A DNA stretch of 64,000 nt from Porticoccaceae bacterium (GCA_024959305.1 JANXGQ010000036.1:8624-72623), one strand, 5' to 3'; shown: positions 1 through 12,662, counted from the stretch's first letter. The notes: generated by a model from the letters alone, not told the origin. Made by a program: numbers and translations.

Positions 1-724
1 CCTCCAGCCCGACCCCAAGATTTCGCATATCTCGCTTGGCCGCTCTCAGTGCTTTTCTGAAAATTCTTACTTCAGCCTTTGGATCCTCGGTATAGCGCGC
101 TGGCACAGAAGCCAAATCCATAGTCTGATGCGCCAGCACAACACGGCCAATACCCACGCCTGAGGAGCTGGGAATACCGTGAAAAATTGCCTCGCGGCTC
201 TTCCCTCGGCCAGCGGACGCCAACTCGCGCAGAGCGCCGGTTGCCTCAGCATGGGCAATGGCACCAGATAACTGAGCGCAAACCGTCACCATAAAAGCCT
301 CTTCCTCAGCTGCAAAGCGGCGCTGAGTTTGCTGCTGTAACACCAATACGCCTAAAACCTTGCGGTGGTGGATAATGGGGACACCCAAAAATGAATGGAA
401 AATCTCTTCGCCAATCTCTTCAAAATAGGCAAAGTTGGGATGCTTATCCGCATCCTGTAGGTTGAGAGGCTCTTCCTTTGCCGCCACAAGCCCTACCAGC
501 CCTTCACCCATGGCCAGCCGCACCTTGCCAATGGACTCTTGACGCAGCCCCTCGGTTGACATCAGCACATAGCGCTGGTCAGTCTCGTCGAACAAATACA
601 CCGAACAGACTTCAGCCTGCATTACCTCTTGAACTTCTTTGACAATGATAGTGAGCACTTCAGGCAAACTGCGCGCGCTGTTTACTTCCTGAACTATGGT
701 TCTTAAAGAATCCAATATATTCAT
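1..724 (-). CDS. ptsP: PTS enzyme I-Ntr (GAF-domain N-terminus), partial, runs off the window start; absent from the ORF track
   Basis: Manual translation from ATG at 724: MNILDSLRTIVQEVNSARSLPEVLTIIV...VCSVYL...GEGLVGLVA...PLNLQDADKHPNFAYF...SFLGVPIIHHRKVLGVLVLQQ, the GAF domain of PtsP. It abuts rppH, the conserved rppH-ptsP operon. Confidence 0.93.
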   Translation of the reverse strand, partial: MNILDSLRTIVQEVNSARSLPEVLTIIVKEVQEVMQAEVCSVYLFDETDQRYVLMSTEGLRQESIGKVRLAMGEGLVGLVAAKEEPLNLQDADKHPNFAYFEEIGEEIFHSFLGVPIIHHRKVLGVLVLQQQTQRRFAAEEEAFMVTVCAQLSGAIAHAEATGALRELASAGRGKSREAIFHGIPSSSGVGIGRVVLAHQTMDLASVPARYTEDPKAEVRIFRKALRAAKRDMRNLGVGLE

Positions 725-1246
725 CTATCTATGTTTTCTCCGCTTTTCAAAACCCGCATTGGCAGGCGCAAATTCGACAAGGGCTTTGCGATAGACCTTT
801 TGCTTAAATGACACCACAGCACTAATGGGGTACCAGTAATTAACCCATTCCCAAGCATCAAACTCGGGATTGCCCGTCGCATTAAAATTGATCTTCTTCT
901 GATCGCCAACTAAGCGCAAGAAAAACCACCGCTGTTTTTGACCTATACAGCGCGGATTCGAATGCTTGCGTTGCATCCTCTCCGGTATCTGATAGCGGAG
1001 CCATTTTTTAGTCTGCTGCACAATCTTAACATCGCCGGCCTCCAAGCCCACCTCTTCGTAGAGCTCTCTGTACAGCGCCTGCTCGGCAGACTCCCCAGGA
1101 TCAATGCCGCCCTGAGGAAATTGCCAAGCTCTCTGACCAACTCTTTTGGCCCAGAACAGCTTGCCGCGACCGTTTCCAATCACCATCGCGACATTCGAGC
1201 GAAACCCATCCTTATCTACCAATGTAAAATTACCACCTAAAATCAT
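725..1246 (-). CDS. rppH: RNA pyrophosphohydrolase (Nudix)
   Basis: DKDGFRSNV, WQFPQGGIDPGESAEQALYRELYEEVGL Nudix box, CIGQKQRWF, PEFDAWEWVNYW. Confidence 0.97.
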   Translation of the reverse strand: MILGGNFTLVDKDGFRSNVAMVIGNGRGKLFWAKRVGQRAWQFPQGGIDPGESAEQALYRELYEEVGLEAGDVKIVQQTKKWLRYQIPERMQRKHSNPRCIGQKQRWFFLRLVGDQKKINFNATGNPEFDAWEWVNYWYPISAVVSFKQKVYRKALVEFAPANAGFEKRRKHR

Positions 1247-1365
1247 ATCTGTGGGCTCATTGTTCCACAGTCTCAGTGACTCAGCAATTTTCTCTTGAGC
1301 CGATGGGTTATCACCGTTATCCTTTCACTCGCCCAATAACCCTATTTACTCAACTGGACTTCCCT

Positions 1366-2022
1366 ATGGCATTAGCCATCTTTGACTTGGACAATACTCT
1401 AATCGCCGGCGATAGCGATCACGGCTGGGGCGAATTTCTGGTCACTCAGGGCAAGGTCGATAGCCATCACTACAAAGCAGTAAATGATCGTTTTTACGCA
1501 GATTATGAGGCTGGGTGCTTAGATATTTATGCCTATCTTGAATTCTCTCTAGAACCTCTCGCAAGAATTCCCAGTGCAGAACTTCAACAATTGCATCAAG
1601 CTTTTATGCGGGAAGTAATAGCCCCTATGATGCTCGGCAAAGCACAGGATTTGATAGAGCGGCATCGTCGATCGGGAGATCGCCTGCTGGTGATTACATC
1701 CACTAACCGTTTCGTTGTTGAACCGATCTGTGCTGCTTTGGGTATCGAAGAGTTGATCGCCACTGATCCTGAAATAATTAATGGCGCTTACAGCGGTCAG
1801 ATTGTCGGTGTCCCCACCTACCGAGAGGGCAAGGTTACACGCTTTAAGCAATGGCTCTGCGACCATCGAGAGCACAGCCGGGGCAGTTACTTTTACTCAG
1901 ACTCCATCAACGACCTGCCCATGCTACTGGAAGTTACTCACCCAGTAGCAGTGGATCCAGACCCTGAATTGCGCGAAGAAGCGTTGGCCAGAGGCTGGGA
2001 TATTATTTCACTGCGAGATTAG
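1366..2022 (+). CDS. HAD-IB family phosphatase; positional equivalent of the Pseudomonas histidinol-phosphatase divergent from rppH
   Basis: [10 protein letters not shown] motif I and [12 protein letters not shown] motif IV. Start moved to ATG 1366 (the track starts at 1276). Confidence 0.85.
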   Translation: MALAIFDLDNTLIAGDSDHGWGEFLVTQGKVDSHHYKAVNDRFYADYEAGCLDIYAYLEFSLEPLARIPSAELQQLHQAFMREVIAPMMLGKAQDLIERHRRSGDRLLVITSTNRFVVEPICAALGIEELIATDPEIINGAYSGQIVGVPTYREGKVTRFKQWLCDHREHSRGSYFYSDSINDLPMLLEVTHPVAVDPDPELREEALARGWDIISLRD

Positions 2023-2408
2023 GCTTCATCGATCGCGATCTGATAATTCTCGGCATCCATCAATTCATCGAGATCCCCCGAGCCGTCAACCTTGACTCTG
2101 AATAACCAGCCGTCCGCGTAGGGACTGTTGTTAACCGTCTCTGGCTCATCCTCGAGAACTGAATTGATCTCGACTACCTCGCCACCCACTGGGGAATAGA
2201 TATCAGAGGCCGCTTTGACTGACTCTACCACTGCCACTTCACCACCAGCATCAACCTCGGCACCCAGCTCTGGAAGTTCTATATAGACAATATCGCCCAA
2301 GGCTTCCTGAGCATGATCAGTAATGCCGACAACAACGCTCCCATCGCTCTCCAATCGCGCCCACTCGTGGCTATTTGCATATTTTAACTCTGTGGGAAAA
2401 TCGCTCAC
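2019..2408 (-). CDS. gcvH: Glycine cleavage system H protein
   Basis: [37 protein letters not shown] lipoyl-Lys motif, [11 protein letters not shown]. Confidence 0.97.
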   Translation of the reverse strand: MSDFPTELKYANSHEWARLESDGSVVVGITDHAQEALGDIVYIELPELGAEVDAGGEVAVVESVKAASDIYSPVGGEVVEINSVLEDEPETVNNSPYADGWLFRVKVDGSGDLDELMDAENYQIAIDEA

Positions 2409-2621
2409 ACCGCACCTCTAATAAATGTTCATTGTTGGAAAACTTTGCTTCAGCACAGCATTTTACTGATGAACTGATGCAAAAATAAAGTTATTTTAAA
2501 CCTAAAAACATCAGTTGATCGCTTATATCTTGCGTAAGATATTGAAATACCATTAAAACCCTAAGTTGTTCTATTCAGCCTGCAGGTGAATTCAAAAACG
2601 CTACACTGTTTTGCGCTGGAT

Positions 2622-3614
2622 CTAAAGATACAAAACTGGCGGCGGCTCATCTAAGGCGGCAAACTGTTCGCGCAACATAAGAATATGCTCACTCCAATAA
2701 CGGGGTGAGCCAAACCAAGAAAAGGCACGAGGAAAAGCCGGGTCCGACCATCTCCGGGCAATCCAAGCGCTATGGTGGATAATGCGCAGCGTTCGCAAAA
2801 CCTCAATTAGCGCTAGCTCCTTGATATCAAAATGGTAAAACTCATTGTATCCCTCAACTAATTCACAGAGCTGTGCTGTTTGCTCATACTGATCTCCCGA
2901 TAGAAGCATCCACAAATCTTGCACCGCAGGTGCCATTCGAGCATCGTCAAAATCCACAAAATGGGGGTTGTCATCTCGCCACAGAATATTGCCCGAGTGA
3001 CAGTCTCCATGAACTCTTATTCTATTGATATCTCCGAAATCGTCGAGAATTTGCTGGCATTTACCGAGCAGATCAAGGCCTAAAGTATCGTAGGCAGGAC
3101 GCAGTTCGGCGGGAATAAACTGCTCGCTAATAAGCCGGTAAGACTGCCAGCCAAAGGTTTCAATATCCAATTTGGGACGCCACTTAAAATCTACGGTTGA
3201 CCCTATACTGTGAAAGCGCCCCAACAGACGCCCAAGAATCAGCAGATTATCTAAATTGTCCAACTCTGGAGCATATCCACCGCGGCGAGGATACAGGGAA
3301 AATCTAAATCCCATATGGTGATTCAAGGATGCTGCCGAGTTATTCAGCAGCGGACAGACCACCGGCAATTCCTGTTCCTGTAGCTGAAAGCAATAGTCAT
3401 GCTCTTCCTTTATCTGACGGTCGTCCCAACGCCCCGGCCTATAGAACTTGGCGATCAATGGCTCTTTTTCGTCGACACCCACCTGATAGACTCGATTTTC
3501 ATAGCTGTTTAATGCGATCAAGCGACCATCGGTCACATGGCCACAGCTCTCCACCGCATCCATAATCATATCCGGCGTCAGCAATTCGAAGGTATGAGTA
3601 GCAGATTTAGTCAT
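2622..3614 (-). CDS. srkA: Stress-response Ser/Thr kinase SrkA/RdoA
   Basis: LNSYENRVYQ, KFYRPGRW, HGDCHSGNILW, FVDFDD, PAVQDLWMLL, WSDPAFPRAF. Confidence 0.93.
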   Translation of the reverse strand: MTKSATHTFELLTPDMIMDAVESCGHVTDGRLIALNSYENRVYQVGVDEKEPLIAKFYRPGRWDDRQIKEEHDYCFQLQEQELPVVCPLLNNSAASLNHHMGFRFSLYPRRGGYAPELDNLDNLLILGRLLGRFHSIGSTVDFKWRPKLDIETFGWQSYRLISEQFIPAELRPAYDTLGLDLLGKCQQILDDFGDINRIRVHGDCHSGNILWRDDNPHFVDFDDARMAPAVQDLWMLLSGDQYEQTAQLCELVEGYNEFYHFDIKELALIEVLRTLRIIHHSAWIARRWSDPAFPRAFSWFGSPRYWSEHILMLREQFAALDEPPPVLYL

Positions 3615-3632
3615 ATCAATTACCATAGAGCT

Positions 3633-4049
3633 CTAATCGACCATCGGCTTTGAGCGCAGGGTTTTTTTTCTGCCATGTTGGGTCTTTTTATCCATACGCT
3701 TTTTTTGCGAGTTCCTAGTTGGCTTGGTTGCTTTGCGCACCTTGGCGGTTTTGGTGACCGATTGCAATAGGGCTTGCAAGCGCTGAATCGCCTCCAAGCG
3801 GTTTTTATCCTGACTGCGGTAGCGCTGGGCCTTGATAATAACCACGCCCTCTTTCGAGATGCGCTGATCGTTGAGGGATAAGAGTCGCTGCCGATAGAGA
3901 TGCGGCAAAGAGGATTCAGCAATATTAAATCTTAGATGCACCGCGGAAGAGACTTTATTAATATTTTGACCGCCGGGACCACTGGATCGGATCGCAGTCA
4001 ATTCGACCTCCGAGAGTGGTACTGAGATACTGGCTGTGATCAATATCAT
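3633..4049 (-). CDS. arfB: Alternative ribosome rescue factor B (peptidyl-tRNA hydrolase)
   Basis: RSSGPGGQNINK (GGQ motif) and basic C-terminal tail RKATKPTRNSQKKRMDKK. Confidence 0.95.
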   Translation of the reverse strand: MILITASISVPLSEVELTAIRSSGPGGQNINKVSSAVHLRFNIAESSLPHLYRQRLLSLNDQRISKEGVVIIKAQRYRSQDKNRLEAIQRLQALLQSVTKTAKVRKATKPTRNSQKKRMDKKTQHGRKKTLRSKPMVD

Positions 4050-4273
4050 TCACAGCACTCTATCAGCTCAAAGCGCGGTTGCATTTGCCCCTCTACCTCC
4101 ACCTCCTCAATAAACATATGCAGAGGGCGAACCCATAGTCCAGAATCACCGTAGAGAGGCCGATACACCACCAGATAGTCTTCACTCTCGCTGTGTCTGG
4201 CCACCCCAATGACCTGATATTTATTGCCTTTGTAGTGTTTGTATATGCCTTTCTCTACGCTCATTTTACTCAC
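4046..4273 (-). CDS. DUF1653 family protein
   Basis: GIYKHYKGNKYQVIGVARHSE...VVYRPLYG...LWVRPLHMF signature. Confidence 0.88.
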   Translation of the reverse strand: MSKMSVEKGIYKHYKGNKYQVIGVARHSESEDYLVVYRPLYGDSGLWVRPLHMFIEEVEVEGQMQPRFELIECCE

Positions 4274-4281
4274 CTAGTCCG

Positions 4282-4944
4282 CTAAACAACTCTCACTATT
4301 GCCTCGATAAGATCAGATAGAGACAACTTTAATTTATCTTTGGGCTTCAGTGATCCTACCCCGGCGGGGGTGCCCGTCAACAGCACATCACCTGGCTGCA
4401 GGCTAAAGAACTGAGTGACGTAAACCATCAACGATAGCACTGGCATCAGCATCTCTCCAGTATGTCCATCTTGACGCAAGTCTCCGTTTTGCCAGAGCCT
4501 GATGCGCTGATCCTGCAAATTGCCGACCCTGTCCATCGAGATAAATTCTGACAACGGGCAGGCACCATCAAATGCCTTGGCCTTCTCCCAGGGCAATCCA
4601 CTGCCCTTAAGTTGTTGTTGCAGGTCGCGCAGGGTGAGATCCAATGCTAGGCCAACGCCCGCTATCACATTCTGCGCCTGCAATTCAGTGCAACCCTGAG
4701 TCAAAGGCTGCCCAATCAGTACCGCCAGCTCAGTTTCAAAGTGACATTCGCCTCTCTGGGTTGGAATGGAAATCGGCGCTTGCATACTGACAATTGCGGT
4801 ACTGGGCTTAATAAAAAGTATCGGCTCATCGGGCACGGCATTATTCAGCTCTCGGGCGTGGGCAGCATAATTTCGTCCCACGCAGACAACTTTTCCTACA
4901 GGCAAGGCACTGTGTTTTTTATCAACTACATGTAGATAACTCAA
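4282..4944 (-). CDS. Fumarylacetoacetate hydrolase family protein (YcgM/FAHD1-like)
   Basis: GKVVCVGRNYAAH, FIKPST, HFETELAV, WEKAKAFD, GDVLLTGTPAGVG. Confidence 0.92.
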   Translation of the reverse strand: MSYLHVVDKKHSALPVGKVVCVGRNYAAHARELNNAVPDEPILFIKPSTAIVSMQAPISIPTQRGECHFETELAVLIGQPLTQGCTELQAQNVIAGVGLALDLTLRDLQQQLKGSGLPWEKAKAFDGACPLSEFISMDRVGNLQDQRIRLWQNGDLRQDGHTGEMLMPVLSLMVYVTQFFSLQPGDVLLTGTPAGVGSLKPKDKLKLSLSDLIEAIVRVV

Positions 4945-4995
4945 CCTCTGCCCCCTTTTACTTTGACCACGGCCATTTTCTTGCCAATTTGGCAG

Positions 4996-6387
4996 CTAAT
5001 CAAATATTTTTCCAGGATTTAAAAGCCCCTTGGGATCAAAAGCCTTTTTAATCCTGCGCATCATATCAATTTCTGCTGCAGATCTAGAGTAGTGTAGATA
5101 GTCTTTTTTGAGCAACCCGACCCCATGTTCAGCACTGACACTGCCCTGATAGCGAGCCACAAGACCACCGATCTCACTACTCACAGGAACACAGCTGGCG
5201 ACGAAGTCCTGTGAATCCATAGCCTCTGGTTTAAGAATATTCAAATGAAGATTGCCGTCGCCTATATGGCCGTACCAAACCAGCTCAAAATCTGCATAGC
5301 GATCTGCCACTAGCTGATCAGCCTCCTTTATAAAATCCGCCATGGACGATACTCGAACAGAGATATCGTTCTTGTAGGGCTGCCACTGCCGCAGCGCCTC
5401 CGATATCTGTTCGCGCAATTTCCACAATGACTGCGCCTGAGACAAACTCTGGCTCATCACCCCATCCAGTACCCAGCCCTGTTCAACTATGTGCTCAAAA
5501 ATCCCCATAGCCTGATCCAGTAAATCTTGGTTGGCTATTTCAAATTCAAGCAGTGCATAGAATGGGGCTGCAGTGTCCAATGGCTCAGCACATCCCGTAT
5601 GGGCGACCACCTTCTCCAATGCCAGCTGCGAGAAAAACTCAAAGGCACTGAGATCAATCTGAGCACTAAAGGCTTCAAGAACCTTTAGTATTGCCGAAAA
5701 GTGACTAACGCCCAATACCATTACCCTAGATTCTGTGGGGGGCCTAGTTAACTGAATCGTCACTTCGCAAATTAACCCCAGCGTTCCCTCTGAGCCGATA
5801 AATAGATGCCGAAGGTCGTAACCCGTGTTATTTTTAACCAGCCCCCTGTTCAGATCCAAGAGCTCGCCGGAACCAGTGACCACCTTGAGTCCCAACACCC
5901 AGTTGCGGGTCATACCGTAGGCTATGACTTTTATTCCCCCAGCATTGGTGGCTACGTTACCACCGATCTGGCTAGAACCAGCGGCGGCAAAATCCACCGG
6001 AAAAAAAAGATTGTGCTGCTCTGCAAAGGTCTGGAGATCGACGGTGATCATCCCAGCCCCTAGGGTCACAGTGCGCTCAAGCGGCTTAAAGTCCAGCACT
6101 TGGTTGAGTCGATCCATGGCCACCACCAGCTCTCCATTGGCAGCAACTGCTCCACCACTTAATCCTGTTCTGCCTCCAGAGGGAACAATGGCCAGATTAA
6201 ATTCATTGGCCACAAGAACAATCTGCCTAACTTCCTCTACTGATCCAGGAAGAATCACTGCACAGGGCCTGGGTTGCCAAATGGTGGTGCGATCTACACC
6301 AAAACGATCAAGATCTGATTTTGACAGCAGTAGTCTGCTAATACCCACAATGCTTTTTAGGCGCTCAACAATATGCTTCGATAACAT
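4996..6387 (-). CDS. FAD-linked oxidase, D-2-hydroxyglutarate dehydrogenase-like
   Basis: PSGGRTGLSGGA, SSQIGGNVATNAGG, GYDLRHLFIGSEGTLG, GHIGDGNLHLN, SAEHGVG, DPKGLLNPGK. Substrate is inferred. Confidence 0.85.
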   Translation of the reverse strand: MLSKHIVERLKSIVGISRLLLSKSDLDRFGVDRTTIWQPRPCAVILPGSVEEVRQIVLVANEFNLAIVPSGGRTGLSGGAVAANGELVVAMDRLNQVLDFKPLERTVTLGAGMITVDLQTFAEQHNLFFPVDFAAAGSSQIGGNVATNAGGIKVIAYGMTRNWVLGLKVVTGSGELLDLNRGLVKNNTGYDLRHLFIGSEGTLGLICEVTIQLTRPPTESRVMVLGVSHFSAILKVLEAFSAQIDLSAFEFFSQLALEKVVAHTGCAEPLDTAAPFYALLEFEIANQDLLDQAMGIFEHIVEQGWVLDGVMSQSLSQAQSLWKLREQISEALRQWQPYKNDISVRVSSMADFIKEADQLVADRYADFELVWYGHIGDGNLHLNILKPEAMDSQDFVASCVPVSSEIGGLVARYQGSVSAEHGVGLLKKDYLHYSRSAAEIDMMRRIKKAFDPKGLLNPGKIFD

Positions 6388-6765
6388 CCACAAATCCCTT
6401 ATTTATTGAATAACTCATACTTCAATTATGTTACCACGACGATCAATCTGTGGATTTTCGTCAAGTTTCGCCTACCAAAAAATGAAAAATTGGCCTCTTA
6501 ATCTTGGTTTAACATCGAAATTGGCGGTTAAAACGCAAAAAAACACATTTTTTTGCGTTTTAAACCACCGAAAATTAGCCAAATTAAAAAAAAACCAATA
6601 CACTGCGGATTCTGAAGTGTCGACCTGCTGCATAGTGGGTAGTCCCATCGGAGTGGTCTTTGTGCTTCTACAACATTGTTTGGCTCAAAGTGTTAAGTCG
6701 GTCCCGATGTGGGGCCGGTGTTTTAAGCGTCGATTGTGGCGCAGTTATTTTTAAGTGAGGTTGTT

Positions 6766-6975
6766 ATGTCAGAGCGAGTTACTGGCACTGTAAAGTGGTT
6801 TAACGATAGTAAAGGTTTCGGTTTTATTGAGCAGGAAGGTGGTCAGGACGTATTTGTTCACCACAGTGCCATTCAAGCTGATGGATTTAAATCTTTAAAA
6901 GAAGGTCAGGCTGTAACCATGGAAGTTGCCGAAGGCCAAAAAGGTCTTCAAGCAGAGAATGTAATAGCTGATTAA
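6766..6975 (+). CDS. Cold-shock domain protein (CspA family)
   Basis: [15 protein letters not shown] (RNP1), DVFVHHSAI (RNP2). ATG 6766 is preceded by GAGG. Confidence 0.96.
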   Translation: MSERVTGTVKWFNDSKGFGFIEQEGGQDVFVHHSAIQADGFKSLKEGQAVTMEVAEGQKGLQAENVIAD

Positions 6976-7014
6976 GGCTTTTTACTGCCGGATGGCAGTG
7001 ACGAAATTCTTTGG

Positions 7015-7044
7015 GGCCCTGACAGCAATGTCAGGGCCTTTTTT
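7015..7044 (+). terminator. Intrinsic terminator of the csp gene
   Basis: GGCCCTGACA-gcaa-TGTCAGGGCC (10-bp perfect stem) followed by TTTTTT. Confidence 0.9.
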
Positions 7045-7096
7045 GTGTAGCTAGGACCAGTATAGATGGGCGCCTGTTTTAAAGACGCCGCATTTG

Positions 7097-7264
7097 TTAC
7101 TTTATCTTCGCTTCTTTATAGATAACGTGCTGACGAATAGTGGGATCGTACTTCTTGATCTCCATTTTCTCGGGCGTGTTACGCTTGTTCTTGTCAGTCG
7201 TATAAAAGTGTCCTGTGCCTGCACTAGACACTAGACGAATTTTTTCTCGAGCCGATTTAGCCAT
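7097..7264 (-). CDS. rpmG: 50S ribosomal protein L33 (55 aa, below the ORF-track cutoff)
   Basis: Manual translation [55 protein letters not shown], directly downstream of rpmB. Confidence 0.97.
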   Translation of the reverse strand: MAKSAREKIRLVSSAGTGHFYTTDKNKRNTPEKMEIKKYDPTIRQHVIYKEAKIK

Positions 7265-7275
7265 CTCATAATCCT

Positions 7276-7512
7276 CTAGATTTTCTCGCCCTGAGCACGC
7301 AGGCCGGACAAGACTTGTTCAATACCTTTTTTATCGATAATACGCATACCCTTAGTGGATACACGCAACTTCACAAAGCGTTTCTCAGATTCAATCCAAA
7401 AACGATGTGTGTGGAGATTCGGCTCAAAGCGACGACGAGTTCTATTCTTCGCATGAGATACATTATTTCCGGCCATTGGGCGCTTACCTGTGACCTGACA
7501 TACTCTAGACAT
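7276..7512 (-). CDS. rpmB: 50S ribosomal protein L28
   Basis: [33 protein letters not shown]...[15 protein letters not shown]. Confidence 0.98.
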   Translation of the reverse strand: MSRVCQVTGKRPMAGNNVSHAKNRTRRRFEPNLHTHRFWIESEKRFVKLRVSTKGMRIIDKKGIEQVLSGLRAQGEKI

Positions 7513-7725
7513 TGTTGCTGCCTCTTTTTGCAATTTGTGCCGTGAGCACTACCCCGTCGGCGACTGAATTCTATTCTGGAACGCTCCGATTTTTGAAGCC
7601 TCTCTTAAAGAGGCGCGTTTTATACCAGAAAGCCTGCCTTGAATCAAACAAAAAGCACAGAATAACGTCGAAACACCGAGGTTTTTCATCAGCCCGTAGC
7701 TTTAACCTATCCCCCTGAGAACAGC

Positions 7726-8400
7726 TTACATTTTACCCCTGTCCGCCAGAGACACCACTTCCCCCTTGCCAATGATAAAATGGTCCAGCAATCTAATATC
7801 TAAAACTTCTAAAGCTGCCTTTAAACTTTTTGTGATCTCAACATCCGCTACGCTAGGTTCTGCGCTGCCGGACGGGTGATTATGCGCCGCAATAACCGCT
7901 GCCGCATTTTTCTGGAGTGCCAACTTAACCACTTCTCGCGGATGCACGCTCGCCGCATCTATGGCCCCTTTAAACAGCTCATGGAATTCAATAAGCCGGT
8001 GACGCGTATCAAGTAGCAGTGCCACAAACACTTCCCGATGATAATCGCGCATCTGTACCGCCAGATAATCTTTTACCTTATCGGGACTGTTAAATACACA
8101 ATCATTGCACAGTTGCTCTTCCAGATAGCGCTTGGTGAGCTCAAGGGTTGCCTGCAACTGACAATACTTGGCCGGCCCTAATCCCTTGGCCGCACAAAAG
8201 CTGTCTTGGTCCGCCTTCAACAGAGGCCCCAGACCGCCAAAGTGGCTGATCAAATCCCGCGCCATATCGATGGCGTTAACCCCTTTTCGCCCAATCCGCA
8301 AAAAAATGGCCAGCAACTCTGCATCCGTGAGCGCATTAGGCCCTTTCTCCAAAAGCTTTTCTCTGGGCCTGCTCTCCAGCGGCCAGTGCTTTATAGCCAT
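7726..8400 (-). CDS. radC: RadC/YicR JAB-domain protein
   Basis: RPREKLL...[36 protein letters not shown]. Canonical coaBC/radC/rpmB position. Confidence 0.95.
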   Translation of the reverse strand: MAIKHWPLESRPREKLLEKGPNALTDAELLAIFLRIGRKGVNAIDMARDLISHFGGLGPLLKADQDSFCAAKGLGPAKYCQLQATLELTKRYLEEQLCNDCVFNSPDKVKDYLAVQMRDYHREVFVALLLDTRHRLIEFHELFKGAIDAASVHPREVVKLALQKNAAAVIAAHNHPSGSAEPSVADVEITKSLKAALEVLDIRLLDHFIIGKGEVVSLADRGKM

Positions 8401-8481
8401 AGTAAGTCCTTATTTATCAGTATAGAATCCCTTTCCTAAGTGTTATCTTAGAACCTCTGTGATGATCTATCTGGATAATTA

Positions 8482-9678
8482 ATGAGCGGCCTTTCAAATA
8501 AACGCATAATTCTTGGTATAACCGGCGGTATCGCCGCCTATAAAGGTGCCGAGATAGTGCGGCGTTTGCAGGACCAAGGCGCTGAGGTTCGGGTGGTGAT
8601 GACAGCGGCAGCCACAGAGTTTATTCGCCCCCTAACCCTGCAAGCTCTGAGCGGATATCAGGTGCACACAGACCTGCTGGACGCGGAGGCCGAGGCCGCC
8701 ATGGGGCATATTGAGCTGGCGCGCTGGGCCGACCTGTTGTTAATAGCCCCTGCCACAGCCAATTTTATTTCAACCATGGTGCATGGTGGCGCCGATAGCC
8801 TGTTGAGCGCAGTTTATCTGGCTACATCAGCTAAAATCGCGGTGGCGCCAGCCATGAATCAAGCTATGTGGTCGCATACTGCAAGCCAACAAAATATTCA
8901 GGCACTGAAAGGTCGCGAAACTATTATTATTGAGCCGGATACGGGCATTCAGGCCTGTGGCGATATTGGGCCGGGCAGGTTGCAACAGCCTGAGATTATT
9001 GTCGATCAGCTAAAGGCTATTTTTGAATCCGGGCTATTGGCAGGGAAGAAAGTGGTTATTACCGCCGGCCCCACCCGTGAGGCCATAGACCCGGTTAGAT
9101 ATATCAGCAATCACAGTTCGGGCAAAATGGGCTATGCCCTTGCAGCGGCCCTCACGGAAGCCGGCGCCAAAGTAGTGCTTATCTCTGGGCCGGTGCTCTT
9201 AGACAGTCCAGCAGGCTGCGAGCTGATATCAGTGGTTTCCGCAGATGCTATGTTAAACGCCTCGGTTGCCGCAGTTAAAGATGCCAATATTTTTATTTCA
9301 GCAGCGGCGGTAGCCGATTACCGCGCTGTGGACGTTGCGGATCAAAAAATAAAGAAGCAGGCTGATAACCTATCACTTGAGCTAAAGAAAAATCCAGATA
9401 TTGTCAGTACCATAGCAACCGACAACCCACAGCTTTTTGTGGTTGGATTTGCCGCTGAAACTGAGAATATTGAAACCTTTGCCAGAGATAAACTAGTGCG
9501 CAAAAAATTGCATGCCATTATTGCCAATGATGTATCTCGCCAAGATATAGGCTTTAACGCTGATGATAATGAGGTGAGCTGGATAGATGCGCAATCTTGC
9601 AAGCATCTGGGTAAAAAGAGTAAATCCCAACTGGCGAGGGATATAGTCAAACTTATAGCCGCCAACTATGATGGCTAA
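8482..9678 (+). CDS. coaBC: Bifunctional phosphopantothenoylcysteine decarboxylase/ligase
   Basis: GITGGIAAYK, HIELARWAD, APAMNQAM, TAGPTREAIDPVRYISNHSSGKMG, VGFAAET. Confidence 0.97.
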   Translation: MSGLSNKRIILGITGGIAAYKGAEIVRRLQDQGAEVRVVMTAAATEFIRPLTLQALSGYQVHTDLLDAEAEAAMGHIELARWADLLLIAPATANFISTMVHGGADSLLSAVYLATSAKIAVAPAMNQAMWSHTASQQNIQALKGRETIIIEPDTGIQACGDIGPGRLQQPEIIVDQLKAIFESGLLAGKKVVITAGPTREAIDPVRYISNHSSGKMGYALAAALTEAGAKVVLISGPVLLDSPAGCELISVVSADAMLNASVAAVKDANIFISAAAVADYRAVDVADQKIKKQADNLSLELKKNPDIVSTIATDNPQLFVVGFAAETENIETFARDKLVRKKLHAIIANDVSRQDIGFNADDNEVSWIDAQSCKHLGKKSKSQLARDIVKLIAANYDG

Positions 9679-9721
9679 GATTAAACCGATTGGGCAATAT
9701 AAGAGTATCTCTGCTTAAACC

Positions 9722-12071
<2,350 letters not shown>

Positions 12072-12072
<1 letters not shown>

Positions 12073-12662
12073 TGGTCGCAAAACGCAGTTCCAGAGCCCA
12101 AGATATACTGCAAGCACTGGCGCGAATGTTGGAAGAATCCCATGGGGGACGCATCACTACGGCCGCGCTAGCCGCTGAACTGGGTGTTTCTGAAGCGGCT
12201 CTGTACCGACATTTCCCCAGTAAAACCCGCATGTATGAAGGCCTGATTGATTTTATTGAAGAGACTATTTTTGCTCGGGTAACCAGCATTATTAGCGATG
12301 AGCCGGATGCCGTTAACCAATGCTACAGAATTATTAGCTTAACCCTGGCATTTACGGAGAAAAATGCCGGTATCAGCCGGTTATTGCACGGCGATGCCCT
12401 GACCGGCGAAACTGCAAGATTGCACGAGCGGATCGCGCAGTTCTTCAGCCGCCTCGAATCTCAGCTTAAGCAGATACTCAGGGAGGCAGAAATTCGTCAA
12501 GGGCTTAAAATTAACGTCTCTGTATCTGTGGCAGTGAATATGCTGCTGGTTGTTCTGGAGGGCAAGATAAGTCAGTTTGTGCGCAGTGGTTTTAAACAGC
12601 CACCCACCCAACACTGGCCGGAACAATGGCCACTGCTAGCCCATCAATTATTTGACTATTAA
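12072..12662 (+). CDS. slmA: Nucleoid occlusion factor SlmA (TetR family)
   Basis: RITTAALAAELGVSEAALYRHFPSKTRMYEGLIDFIEE...LHGDALTGE. Confidence 0.92.

Noticed and set aside
2409-2621. Glycine riboswitch upstream of gcvH
   Set aside because: The AT-rich interval lacks the GGAGA...CCGAAG...CUCAGG core.
6428-6754. 108-aa ORF upstream of csp
   Set aside because: It crosses poly-A/T promoter-like DNA and has no RBS or recognisable domain.
7726-8400. radC as a marker of a mobile or anti-restriction element
   Set aside because: It is the full-length housekeeping copy in the canonical coaBC-radC-rpmBG position.
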